DNA from: an uncultured virus (IMG/VR IMGVR_UViG_3300027974_000033)
Lineage: Duplodnaviria; Heunggongvirae; Uroviricota; Caudoviricetes
Length of the DNA: 64,000 nucleotides
Direction: 5' to 3' (one strand)
Virus record (IMG/VR): IMGVR_UViG_3300027974_000033
The first letter of the stretch is position 1, and each line of letters begins with the position of its first letter. Below are positions 57,152 to 64,000 of this stretch, in pieces. Below the pieces are notes generated by a model. The model made no database searches, was not told the DNA's origin, and saw only the letters and a program-made list of their open reading frames with translations. A program made the position numbers and the translations under genes.

Positions 57152-57214
57152 CTCAGGTTGAGTTATGCTCCCTGTTAAAACCCTAGTCGGATCCGCCTCT
57201 GACTAGGGTTTTTT
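57152..57214 (+). ncRNA. Candidate ~62-nt small RNA
   Basis: Promoter, then hairpin CAGG..GAGT-TAT-GCTC-CCTG, then an 11-bp terminator stem with loop UCCGCC and U6. No ORF; the next gene has its own -10 (TGATACAAT at about 57228). Confidence 0.6.
57177..57214 (+). terminator. Intrinsic terminator
   Basis: CCCTAGTCGGA-TCCGCC-TCTGACTAGGG-TTTTTT. Confidence 0.85.
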
Positions 57215-57263
57215 AATACCATAGCCGTGATACAATTAGGTTATATTATCAATGGAGGCAAAA

Positions 57264-58109
57264 ATGTATTTTTATGACAGACCAGATTGTATAAAACTTT
57301 CAAGCTACACCGACGCTTATGGAACCCCAAGCGGTATATTTTTGTTTAAAAACATACTGCCCGAAGAATTAATGTTAGACCTTGAAAACGAGCTGGACTC
57401 AATAGACTACCGAGACACCTTTAAATATTCAGGAACACTTATTAGCTGGTATGAGAATAAGATGGCCCCTAGACCAAAAAAACTATTAGAGTTTTGGGAA
57501 TTTATTAGTGAGCTTCTTTATCCACATTATGTTATTCACCCTTCACAATCAATCTTAAATATAAGACCTGGGGACGGTGGAATGTTTACACATTCAGATA
57601 GTCCTGGAAAGGGTGCTTGCCATCTTTTATCTCAAGACGACAAATATGCAACATGCTGTGTAATTGACTACGGTCTAGTTGCTTATTTTGGACACTTTAC
57701 TGGCGGAGAAATATTTTATCCAGACATCAACCCAGATGGAACTATAAAAACTGATGACAACAGACAAGCAGGTCAATACGAATACCTTCCTCAGCGTGGA
57801 GACATACTTATTCACAGCGCTTTTGATCCATACAGCCACGGAGTAAAAGAAGTTGAATCTGGTGTAAGGTATGCGTTTTCAAACTTCTGTTTAAAGACAG
57901 AAGACAATCCAGGAACATTCTACAATTACAAAACTCCAGAGTATTACGAACAAATAGGAAATGGAACAGAGGATGAGCTTGATAAGTGGATGCAGCCATT
58001 AAGAGAAAATCCACAGTTCTCAAAAGATAGAATTGCAATTATGCAAGCATCAGGCCTTGAAGGTAAAGAATTAGCATCTACATTTATGTCCGAATTCAAA
58101 GAGCATTAA
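57264..58109 (+). CDS. 2OG-Fe(II) oxygenase
   Basis: THSD, FTGGEIFYP, SHGV...RY; start at 57264 after GGAGG. Confidence 0.85.
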   Translation: MYFYDRPDCIKLSSYTDAYGTPSGIFLFKNILPEELMLDLENELDSIDYRDTFKYSGTLISWYENKMAPRPKKLLEFWEFISELLYPHYVIHPSQSILNIRPGDGGMFTHSDSPGKGACHLLSQDDKYATCCVIDYGLVAYFGHFTGGEIFYPDINPDGTIKTDDNRQAGQYEYLPQRGDILIHSAFDPYSHGVKEVESGVRYAFSNFCLKTEDNPGTFYNYKTPEYYEQIGNGTEDELDKWMQPLRENPQFSKDRIAIMQASGLEGKELASTFMSEFKEH

Positions 58110-58178
58110 GATCATTTAGTGCAAAAGTGAAAAAATTGAAGTGCGGCGGCGGTAGAAGATACCATTTGGAGGATATGA

Positions 58179-58337
58179 ATGCCTAGAGACCATTTTAGTA
58201 AGATGATGAAGAGCCCATACTTCCAAACAGATCATTTTAAAAATGAATCCCATGAAGCTTTACTTGAAGCAAAAATAGAAAATGCTATATTTAAATTCTT
58301 TAATAGATTTAAACTTAAGCGATACAGGGCCAAATAA
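58179..58337 (+). CDS. 52-aa hypothetical protein
   Basis: SD GGAGG 6 nt upstream; MPRDHFSKMMKSPYFQ... Confidence 0.6.
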   Translation: MPRDHFSKMMKSPYFQTDHFKNESHEALLEAKIENAIFKFFNRFKLKRYRAK

Positions 58338-58530
58338 GGCTCTTTGAGTAAAGTTCTACCAGTTACACTGGTTAAATTCTCTGATGGCCTTCTGAGCCAT
58401 TATAAGACCCATTCTGACAGAATCTGACAGTAGACAATATGAATATATTCTAGTCAACTAGGATATATATACACATACTGCATATATAGATATCAATACC
58501 CATGAACATATGATTACAGTCTTATAGAAC

Positions 58531-58674
58531 TTAGAGCTGATCATTGTCTATATCCTCATTTAGGTCAAAATCAAAGATTTCTTCTTTACCCGCCCAATTT
58601 AAAAATCTAGACAATGCAACTCCTGAAAGGATTGCTGTCGCAATTAGACTTACCAATGCCCATATCTTTTTCAT
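58531..58674 (-). CDS. 47-aa single-pass membrane protein
   Basis: MKKIWALVSLIATAILSGVALSRFLNWAGKEEIFDFDLNEDIDNDQL; ATGA coupling to the upstream ORF. Confidence 0.6.
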   Translation of the reverse strand: MKKIWALVSLIATAILSGVALSRFLNWAGKEEIFDFDLNEDIDNDQL

Positions 58675-58748
58675 TTAATATCATCCCAAAATGCAATAAT
58701 AGCAATAACTATTGGTCCAAATATAATTGATGCTTGAAGCCAGTTCAT
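58671..58748 (-). CDS. 25-aa hydrophobic peptide
   Basis: MNWLQASIIFGPIVIAIIAFWDDIK; ATGA overlaps at both ends. Confidence 0.55.
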   Translation of the reverse strand: MNWLQASIIFGPIVIAIIAFWDDIK

Positions 58749-59380
58749 AGGTCATACCCAAATGTATGAAATTCCCATGCCCATTCATATGATATATTCT
58801 CCATCTGCTCTTCTGAAAACACATCTTTTGCAGTTATTTCTTTTGGTCTATGAGCTTTTTGATATACATTTAAATCTAAATGCAATCCTTTGGGCTCTAA
58901 AATTTTATTAATTCCTGGCTCAATTCCATCCTCATATTTAATAACATTTTTAACCTGAATAACACCATCTTTGGAGTATAACCCTTTTGTACTTTTTAAC
59001 CACCCACGCCATTCTTCTCTTAAAGTGTTTTCAAAATATCTATTTACAAAATTAGATCTATCTCCAGATAAATAGTTTTGCATATTACCTGTATACTCTA
59101 GCTGCAAAAAGAAATCTGACATGACTGTATCGTATGGGTTTCTGACCACAACGCATGAGTCTACTTCAGATAAATTTTCAATCAGTGTTTCTAATTCTGA
59201 GTATGGGATATGATTAAAAAACTTTTCATCATTTCTTGGACTATGTCTTTCATCTATTGGATGTACTGGAGTTACAACAGCATCATCGTCCATTATTTGA
59301 GATAAACAAATTTCAGTTGAAGACCCTCCAACTTTTTTATTTTTTAAATATAAAAAATTATATTTTTTTGAATATATCAT
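58745..59380 (-). CDS. Sulfotransferase (family 2-like)
   Basis: FLYLKNKKVGGSS, VRNPYDTVMS and IKYED; SD GGAGG. Confidence 0.82.
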   Translation of the reverse strand: MIYSKKYNFLYLKNKKVGGSSTEICLSQIMDDDAVVTPVHPIDERHSPRNDEKFFNHIPYSELETLIENLSEVDSCVVVRNPYDTVMSDFFLQLEYTGNMQNYLSGDRSNFVNRYFENTLREEWRGWLKSTKGLYSKDGVIQVKNVIKYEDGIEPGINKILEPKGLHLDLNVYQKAHRPKEITAKDVFSEEQMENISYEWAWEFHTFGYDL

Positions 59381-59393
59381 TTAATGCCTCCAG

Positions 59394-59468
59394 TAGGGAT
59401 ACTGGGATTTGAACCCAGAATCTATTGTATATAAGACAAGTGCTTTAACCAGATTAAGCTATATCCCC
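59394..59468 (-). tRNA. tRNA-Ile (anticodon UAU)
   Basis: Cloverleaf with acceptor GGGGATA/TATCCCT, D arm GCTT/AAGC, anticodon loop CT-TAT-AT, T arm CTGGG-TTCAAAT-CCCAG and discriminator A; no encoded CCA. Confidence 0.9.
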
Positions 59469-59474
59469 TAGGGA

Positions 59475-59591
59475 CTAGCGTATTCGGCTTGCTACTAGCT
59501 TTTCAATGCAAGATGTGCAAAAGTTTTCAAGTATGCCTTTAGCGTTTATACGCTCTACATACTTTGGGTTTTCACAAAAATCACATTTCAT
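59475..59591 (-). CDS. 38-aa C4 zinc-finger microprotein
   Basis: MKCDFCENPK...NFCTSCIEKL; TGG-TATACT-N6-ATG leaderless promoter that would also transcribe the tRNA. Confidence 0.7.
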   Translation of the reverse strand: MKCDFCENPKYVERINAKGILENFCTSCIEKLVASRIR

Positions 59592-59611
59592 AGTATTAGT
59601 ATACCATAATT

Positions 59612-60211
59612 TTAGTTGACTGCAATTTTATATTTGTATTCCCAATATCTATCATAGGTCTGCTTGACAATGTCGCTTGATTCAACCGCAGCTTTTAATA
59701 TTGGTTTTTCTGGTGTTCCTATATTTCTATTTCTTCTAGCAAGTGGATAATTTACATCAGAAAGGTTTGCAACTAACTTTTCATCTACCCATTTATCAGT
59801 TACATCAAAATCTACAATAGGTATATTAAACTTATCAGAAATCTTTTGTACTAGATCCATTGGATTATTTCTCATATCTTCATACACATAAATTAATACG
59901 TTGTCCCTTTCAAAATCATCCATGAAAACGTTGTATAGCGTATTATAATATTTTATTTTTAGTTTTAATGTATCTGAATTAGATATTTCAAATTCCCGCA
60001 AATCTGGAGAATCTATGCCTTGAAAATGTCTTTCTAAGCCTGAGACTATTGCGTAATATGGATCTCTAAGTATGTATACCTGATTTCCGCCTTCTGTTAG
60101 CAGATGCGGCTGATGTGTTGTTTGAAACCATTTTCCAAAAGCTTTTTGTAAAATAGTGCTACAATAAGTTGTACCTGATCCTGGGGCTGAGTTTATAATT
60201 AAGTCATCCAT
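59612..60211 (-). CDS. Sulfotransferase-like P-loop protein
   Basis: NSAPGSGTTY, ILRDPYYAIVS and YEDMRNNP. Confidence 0.75.
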   Translation of the reverse strand: MDDLIINSAPGSGTTYCSTILQKAFGKWFQTTHQPHLLTEGGNQVYILRDPYYAIVSGLERHFQGIDSPDLREFEISNSDTLKLKIKYYNTLYNVFMDDFERDNVLIYVYEDMRNNPMDLVQKISDKFNIPIVDFDVTDKWVDEKLVANLSDVNYPLARRNRNIGTPEKPILKAAVESSDIVKQTYDRYWEYKYKIAVN

Positions 60212-61505
60212 TTATATTTTCCTTTTCTATTTGTTTTTTATACTCCAAAAATAATTCTTTCATTGGCTCATATTCACGTATTCTATTATTAATAAGGCTC
60301 CTTAAAGGATTTATTTTTTTTGGAATTCTTTTTTCAGCAAACTTATCATTTTTCATTTTATTAATAATAATTTCTTGAATTAAATTTGAATCAAAATCTT
60401 TTAGTTTAGCATTAAATTTATTAGAAAATTTATTTAAAAAGTTTTCTGGTGTTTTTGTTAAAAACTCAAATGTGCACAATAAAGCATGACTACTTTCTTC
60501 TTTATTTAATTGATTTAAAAAATACCTATAATCTTTTATACATCTTTCAAACATATCATCTAATATAAATCTATCAAATTTTATTTGATTCATAAATCTA
60601 GCATTCTCGAGATAGTTAAGTGAACTTGAGTTTTTACTTAAATCAAGTTCTATACAAGATGCTATTGATTCGTATGGATCTCTTATTATTGATACATCAA
60701 AAATATTTTTATTAAAAGATGTGTAGTCGTGGTGCTGCGATTCGTACCTGGAGTCTTCAACATATTCATGTAGTAAATTTTCAGCAAAAGTATTTCCACA
60801 TCCTGGTGGTGATATCAGACTGAACTGAACAGTTTTAATCAAAGATGCTTTTTTAATAAATAAATCATATATCTTGCTCCAATATTCTCTCTTTAAAGAA
60901 TCTTGTGGATGAGGGGCCCATGTTGCAGTATCTTCTGGGGTAAATTCAGATAGTCCAACTGCCTCTCTAATTTCTAATTGAGTTATCGGTTTAAGCATAT
61001 TATGATCTCTAACATACTTGTTAAGAGTGCTTATAAATATGCCATTAATTTTTCTTCTTTCTTCGTAAGTATAGCTTGGAGAAATCCCATCATACTTTAG
61101 AAGCATTTCAGTGAATTGCGGAAGTGGTTCTATTAACTGTATTGTTGAGCCCTTAAAGTATTCTCTAACACGGTCTAAATACTCTATAACTGTTTGCTCT
61201 GTATTTTGATGTTTTGGTAGCCACTGTCTAATGTCTACATATCCCAGCCATAACATAACTATGTCTGAATCTTTAAATTCGTTAAATGGTCTTACCCAGT
61301 AATCTCTTTGCTTTACACAATAATCGCTTCCGCTTTCTATTCCACTGGATTCCGCTTTTTCTTCCTCAAGTTTTTTTGGATCAAATGCCCATGCTGTCAT
61401 ACCAGCAACTCCCCAGACCTTAAAATCTACTGGGCAATCTTCTGGATTCCAATGCTCCCATATTCTGGTTGAGTGGCAATCTCCTATAAGGTTTACTGAT
61501 CTCAT
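60204..61505 (-). CDS. SGNH/GDSL-like domain fused to sulfotransferase-like domain
   Basis: N-terminal IGDCHS...WLGYVDIR...PLP; C-terminal SPPGCGNTF, IRDPYESIAS and FEFLTKTP. Confidence 0.65.
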   Translation of the reverse strand: MRSVNLIGDCHSTRIWEHWNPEDCPVDFKVWGVAGMTAWAFDPKKLEEEKAESSGIESGSDYCVKQRDYWVRPFNEFKDSDIVMLWLGYVDIRQWLPKHQNTEQTVIEYLDRVREYFKGSTIQLIEPLPQFTEMLLKYDGISPSYTYEERRKINGIFISTLNKYVRDHNMLKPITQLEIREAVGLSEFTPEDTATWAPHPQDSLKREYWSKIYDLFIKKASLIKTVQFSLISPPGCGNTFAENLLHEYVEDSRYESQHHDYTSFNKNIFDVSIIRDPYESIASCIELDLSKNSSSLNYLENARFMNQIKFDRFILDDMFERCIKDYRYFLNQLNKEESSHALLCTFEFLTKTPENFLNKFSNKFNAKLKDFDSNLIQEIIINKMKNDKFAEKRIPKKINPLRSLINNRIREYEPMKELFLEYKKQIEKENING

Positions 61506-61610
61506 ACTTTATTGTATCATTCTATGTATCACTTGATCTTAGGTCTTAGGTCTTATATATTTAATATTTATTATTTATTGATTTACTGACCCCCCGACCC
61601 CCCTATTGGA

Positions 61611-61638
61611 AGTATACTAAATGAAAATTCTATGTCAA
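61611..61638 (-). promoter_or_regulatory. Promoter upstream of a G6-TC-G6 tract
   Basis: TTGACA-N16-TATACT on the minus strand. Confidence 0.55.
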
Positions 61639-62285
61639 GGCATTACGGAAACATTACCAACACGATCAATCCCAAATAATAAAATATTTTTTTGAGATCC
61701 TTTTTTAAAAGTAATTACTGGCATATATAAATTTTGTGTATCTTCTGGTATATAGTACGCATTGTCTGGTATGTCCGCTTTAAACTCTTTGCAGCTGAAG
61801 TCCATGTCACAACTTAGAAATATTGGAGTATCTCGATCTTGATACCAAGAAAACTTAGCTCCAGGGTTTACATGGTTTTTTGCTATCTGATTATAAAATT
61901 GATATAGCCTTAATGTAGACTTATCTGTATAGTCATCATGTGGAGAATCATCTAGAAATATCGTATCATACGTCCCAAGGCCATTTAAAGCCTTTTGCCA
62001 AGATCCTTCTACAATTATGACTCTATGCCTTTGTTCTCCCGCCCACTTACGAGCCTTCTGAAGTACCTCTGGGCTACTTTCAATGATGGTGTGTGACTCT
62101 ATGTCATGCATCTGTATTTCAGTGGCTGAAAACCCCATTCCAAAGCCGATTTCCAAAACATGACCTTTGGGATTTAAATTTTTAATAATAGCTTGCATAT
62201 ACGGCTTTTCCCATTCCATCATTACCTGGAAATTATTTTTATCAATTAAAATATCTTTGTCGTACTGATCTTTTCCGTATTCCAT
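61635..62285 (-). CDS. Class I SAM-dependent methyltransferase (GAMT/Rmt2-like)
   Basis: VMMEWEKPYM, VLEIGFGMG, HTIIE and GSWQ...YDTIFLD. Confidence 0.85.
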   Translation of the reverse strand: MEYGKDQYDKDILIDKNNFQVMMEWEKPYMQAIIKNLNPKGHVLEIGFGMGFSATEIQMHDIESHTIIESSPEVLQKARKWAGEQRHRVIIVEGSWQKALNGLGTYDTIFLDDSPHDDYTDKSTLRLYQFYNQIAKNHVNPGAKFSWYQDRDTPIFLSCDMDFSCKEFKADIPDNAYYIPEDTQNLYMPVITFKKGSQKNILLFGIDRVGNVSVMP

Positions 62286-62421
62286 ATCTTAATTGTAGCA
62301 TTTGTATTTTAGTCGACTGCTATTTCATATTTCTAAAAATGTTAATATATTTTTATTATGTATGATACATACCTAAAAACAAAACGGACATTTGGGATAG
62401 ACCGCACATATTAAGCGTGAA

Positions 62422-62507
62422 TGTGTCCTATCTCACAGGATAATTCTAAGATTTATTCCGACACGCCGAGAGATAACTTGATAAATGTCAGTCCCCTAGT
62501 GTAGAGT
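62422..62507 (+). promoter_or_regulatory. Putative early promoter 1 (CRP-like box + ATGTCAG-N10-TAGAGT)
   Basis: TGTGT-N6-TCACA at 62422-62437; TTGATA at 62478; ATGTCAG at 62485; -10 at 62502. Confidence 0.6.
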
Positions 62508-62540
62508 TATCTTATAACAACAAACGAAAGGAGTCACACA

Positions 62541-62717
62541 ATGACTCAACTTACAGAAACACTATACAGCACTATTGTGCACGACTTCCATAATGGTGGG
62601 GTCAAGTCCTCTTATGGACTCAATGCCTATACACGCAAGGCTCTATTGCGTGACCTACTCTCTAGCAAGGCTTGCTATTGCATAGAGTGCGTGTGTGAGG
62701 TAACTCACACCGCATAA
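62541..62717 (+). CDS. 58-aa hypothetical protein
   Basis: SD GAAAGGAG; MTQLTETLYSTIVHDFHNGG...CYCIECVC. Confidence 0.7.
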   Translation: MTQLTETLYSTIVHDFHNGGVKSSYGLNAYTRKALLRDLLSSKACYCIECVCEVTHTA

Positions 62718-62769
62718 GGCTCACGCTACGGCGTGTCGCCTTGATAATGTCAGCCCACTAGGCTACAAT
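62694..62769 (+). promoter_or_regulatory. Putative early promoter 2
   Basis: TGTGA-N6-TCACA at 62694-62709; TTGATA-N17-TACAAT with ATGTCAG at 62747. Confidence 0.65.
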
Positions 62770-62807
62770 ACTTACTATAACTACTAACGAAAAGGATAGA
62801 AAATAAA

Positions 62808-62960
62808 ATGAAGATAACTTACTCACTATGGGACGGCGCTCAACTACTAGGCGTGGATTTCACCGCTAATAGCGCAGACGAAATGAATAAGGTCGTAGCA
62901 GACCTAATGAAAGTTTCTCGTAATGTCGTAGCACATATGCGAAAGGTAGAGCAGAACTAA
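62808..62960 (+). CDS. 50-aa hypothetical protein
   Basis: MKITYSLWDGAQLLGVDF...; TAATG-coupled to the next gene. Confidence 0.7.
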   Translation: MKITYSLWDGAQLLGVDFTANSADEMNKVVADLMKVSRNVVAHMRKVEQN

Positions 62961-63142
62961 TGTCATACGCATACTCATACCAAACTAACTCAATAGATAA
63001 ATATAACTCTATTCAATCAGATGTCGCAGACGCATACGCATACCTTGATGAAGAAGAAACAGAGCAACCCCCTGTTGATGATTTTGATGATGTAGATGAT
63101 GAAGAATTGGCGCAAGTATTCGCACTAAGTTGGGATAACTAA
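62960..63142 (+). CDS. Acidic 60-aa protein
   Basis: D/E-rich (DEEETEQPPVDDFDDVDDEE); TAATG coupling on both sides. Confidence 0.7.
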   Translation: MSYAYSYQTNSIDKYNSIQSDVADAYAYLDEEETEQPPVDDFDDVDDEELAQVFALSWDN

Positions 63143-63279
63143 TGAACTTAGAACTAAACGGATATGGTCTATGCCTAGATAGCGATTGGTTCTATGTCGC
63201 ACTAGATTGGAAACTAATAACACTAACCGCCCTAGTGGTAATCGCCTATAAGATTTATAAGAGAAAGAAGAATAAGTAA
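63142..63279 (+). CDS. 45-aa membrane protein
   Basis: ...WKLITLTALVVIAYKIYKRKKNK; TAATG coupling. Confidence 0.65.
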   Translation: MNLELNGYGLCLDSDWFYVALDWKLITLTALVVIAYKIYKRKKNK

Positions 63280-63389
63280 TGACTACTAATCGCCTACTAA
63301 CTACCCTAGTGCAACTGGGTATTGGTATCCCCGCCCTGCTTATGCTACGCCTTGCTATAAAAGACTTCTTAGAGAATGGACTAGATTAA
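63279..63389 (+). CDS. 36-aa membrane peptide
   Basis: MTTNRLLTTLVQLGIGIPALLMLRLAIKDFLENGLD; TAATG coupling. Confidence 0.6.
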   Translation: MTTNRLLTTLVQLGIGIPALLMLRLAIKDFLENGLD

Positions 63390-63583
63390 TGAAATCGGAA
63401 TTAGAGAGAGATTTAGAAATCAAAGAAAGTTTTATTGATTTACTAAATGATGTTTATCCTACTGTAAAAATCGGTTACTCTACATTCACACCCGCCGAGA
63501 TTTTGGAGTGTTGCGATCCTATCGCTTTTTCTATCGGACTAATTGAGCACCAAGATTATTTAGAAGAATTAGAAGAAGAATAA
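63389..63583 (+). CDS. 64-aa hypothetical phage protein
   Basis: FIDLLNDVYPTVKIG...ILECCDPIAF. Confidence 0.75.
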   Translation: MKSELERDLEIKESFIDLLNDVYPTVKIGYSTFTPAEILECCDPIAFSIGLIEHQDYLEELEEE

Positions 63584-63673
63584 CGGCGTGTCGGCTTGAC
63601 AATGTCAAGCTGGCCCGCAAAGGCACGGGGTCGGGCGTGTCGTTACGGGCTTTGCATAGAACCCCTAGAATTT

Positions 63674-63759
63674 TGTGATTTTTATCACATAGGTTGAGCG
63701 TCTCAGTATTTGGATTTACTGGCTAGTAATTATCTTATGTCAGTGGGTTCGTGTATAAT
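63674..63759 (+). promoter_or_regulatory. Putative early promoter 3
   Basis: TGTGA-N6-TCACA at 63674-63689; ATGTCAG at 63737; TATAAT at 63754. Confidence 0.65.
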
Positions 63760-63793
63760 GTCTACTATAACAACAACGAAAGAAGGTCAATTC

Positions 63794-63913
63794 ATGAACC
63801 TAGATGAATTCAAGGCGCATGTTATCGCCACCCGTCAAGCAAGCAAGGCAGAAGCCTTGTCAGTGCTATCTGCTACAATGTCAGTATCAACAACAACGAA
63901 AGAAGGAAAGTAA
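63794..63913 (+). CDS. 39-aa hypothetical protein containing an internal promoter
   Basis: Start at 63794 after GAAAGAAGG; contains TTGTCAG-N10-TACAAT at 63857-63879. Confidence 0.55.
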   Translation: MNLDEFKAHVIATRQASKAEALSVLSATMSVSTTTKEGK

Positions 63914-64000
63914 TGTCAGCAAATGTTTACAATGTAACCGATTTACTAATCGGAAAAACTTATCGCTCAAATTCCGTAACTGGAGAAATTATCTCAGCGG
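63913..64000 (+). CDS. Hypothetical protein (runs off the right edge)
   Basis: MSANVYNVTDLLIGKTYRSNSVTGEIISA...; GAAAGAAGG upstream and TAATG coupling. Confidence 0.6.
   Translation, partial: MSANVYNVTDLLIGKTYRSNSVTGEIISA

Noticed and set aside
63710..63793. N-terminal extension of ORF 63710-63913
   Set aside because: The extension overlaps the promoter; the SD-supported start is at 63794.
1..64000. Integrase, terminase, DNA polymerase or alternative genetic code
   Set aside because: None was recognised in this window, and genes translate to full length with the standard code. Lifestyle and packaging mode cannot be determined here.

Overview
This 64-kb window comes from an AT-rich tailed dsDNA phage with a long non-contractile (siphovirus-type) tail. 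An actinobacterial host, possibly freshwater, is inferred from gene order, the class II RNR and many leaderless extended -10 promoters; I did not confirm it by search. Almost all genes from 1 to 55.7 kb lie on the minus strand. In coordinate order they are: a replication module (SSB, primase, DnaB helicase, metallophosphoesterase); tail tip genes; a 2723-aa tape measure; a frameshifting tail chaperone; major tail, head-tail, capsid, protease/scaffold and portal genes; a large block of fibre/decoration genes interrupted by a modification cluster; a holin-like gene; and NrdJ. After 55.8 kb come a secreted-type lytic transglycosylase, more modifying enzymes, a tRNA-Ile(UAU), and a plus-strand array of tiny genes behind repeated promoters. 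Four features stand out. (1) A candidate protein-tailoring system: an FN3-(FFAPPG/S)x10-Hint self-processing protein is co-transcribed with six 2OG-Fe(II) oxygenases and a sulfotransferase, with further sulfotransferases, an oxygenase and a methyltransferase nearby. (2) The tape measure carries a HipA/PI3K-like kinase domain among xxGG-delimited modules. (3) A promoter-hairpin-terminator small RNA has a loop complementary to the ribosome-binding regions of replication genes. (4) Putative early promoters combine a fixed TGTCAG element with phased CRP-type boxes. All family assignments come from reading motifs by eye, not from database searches.
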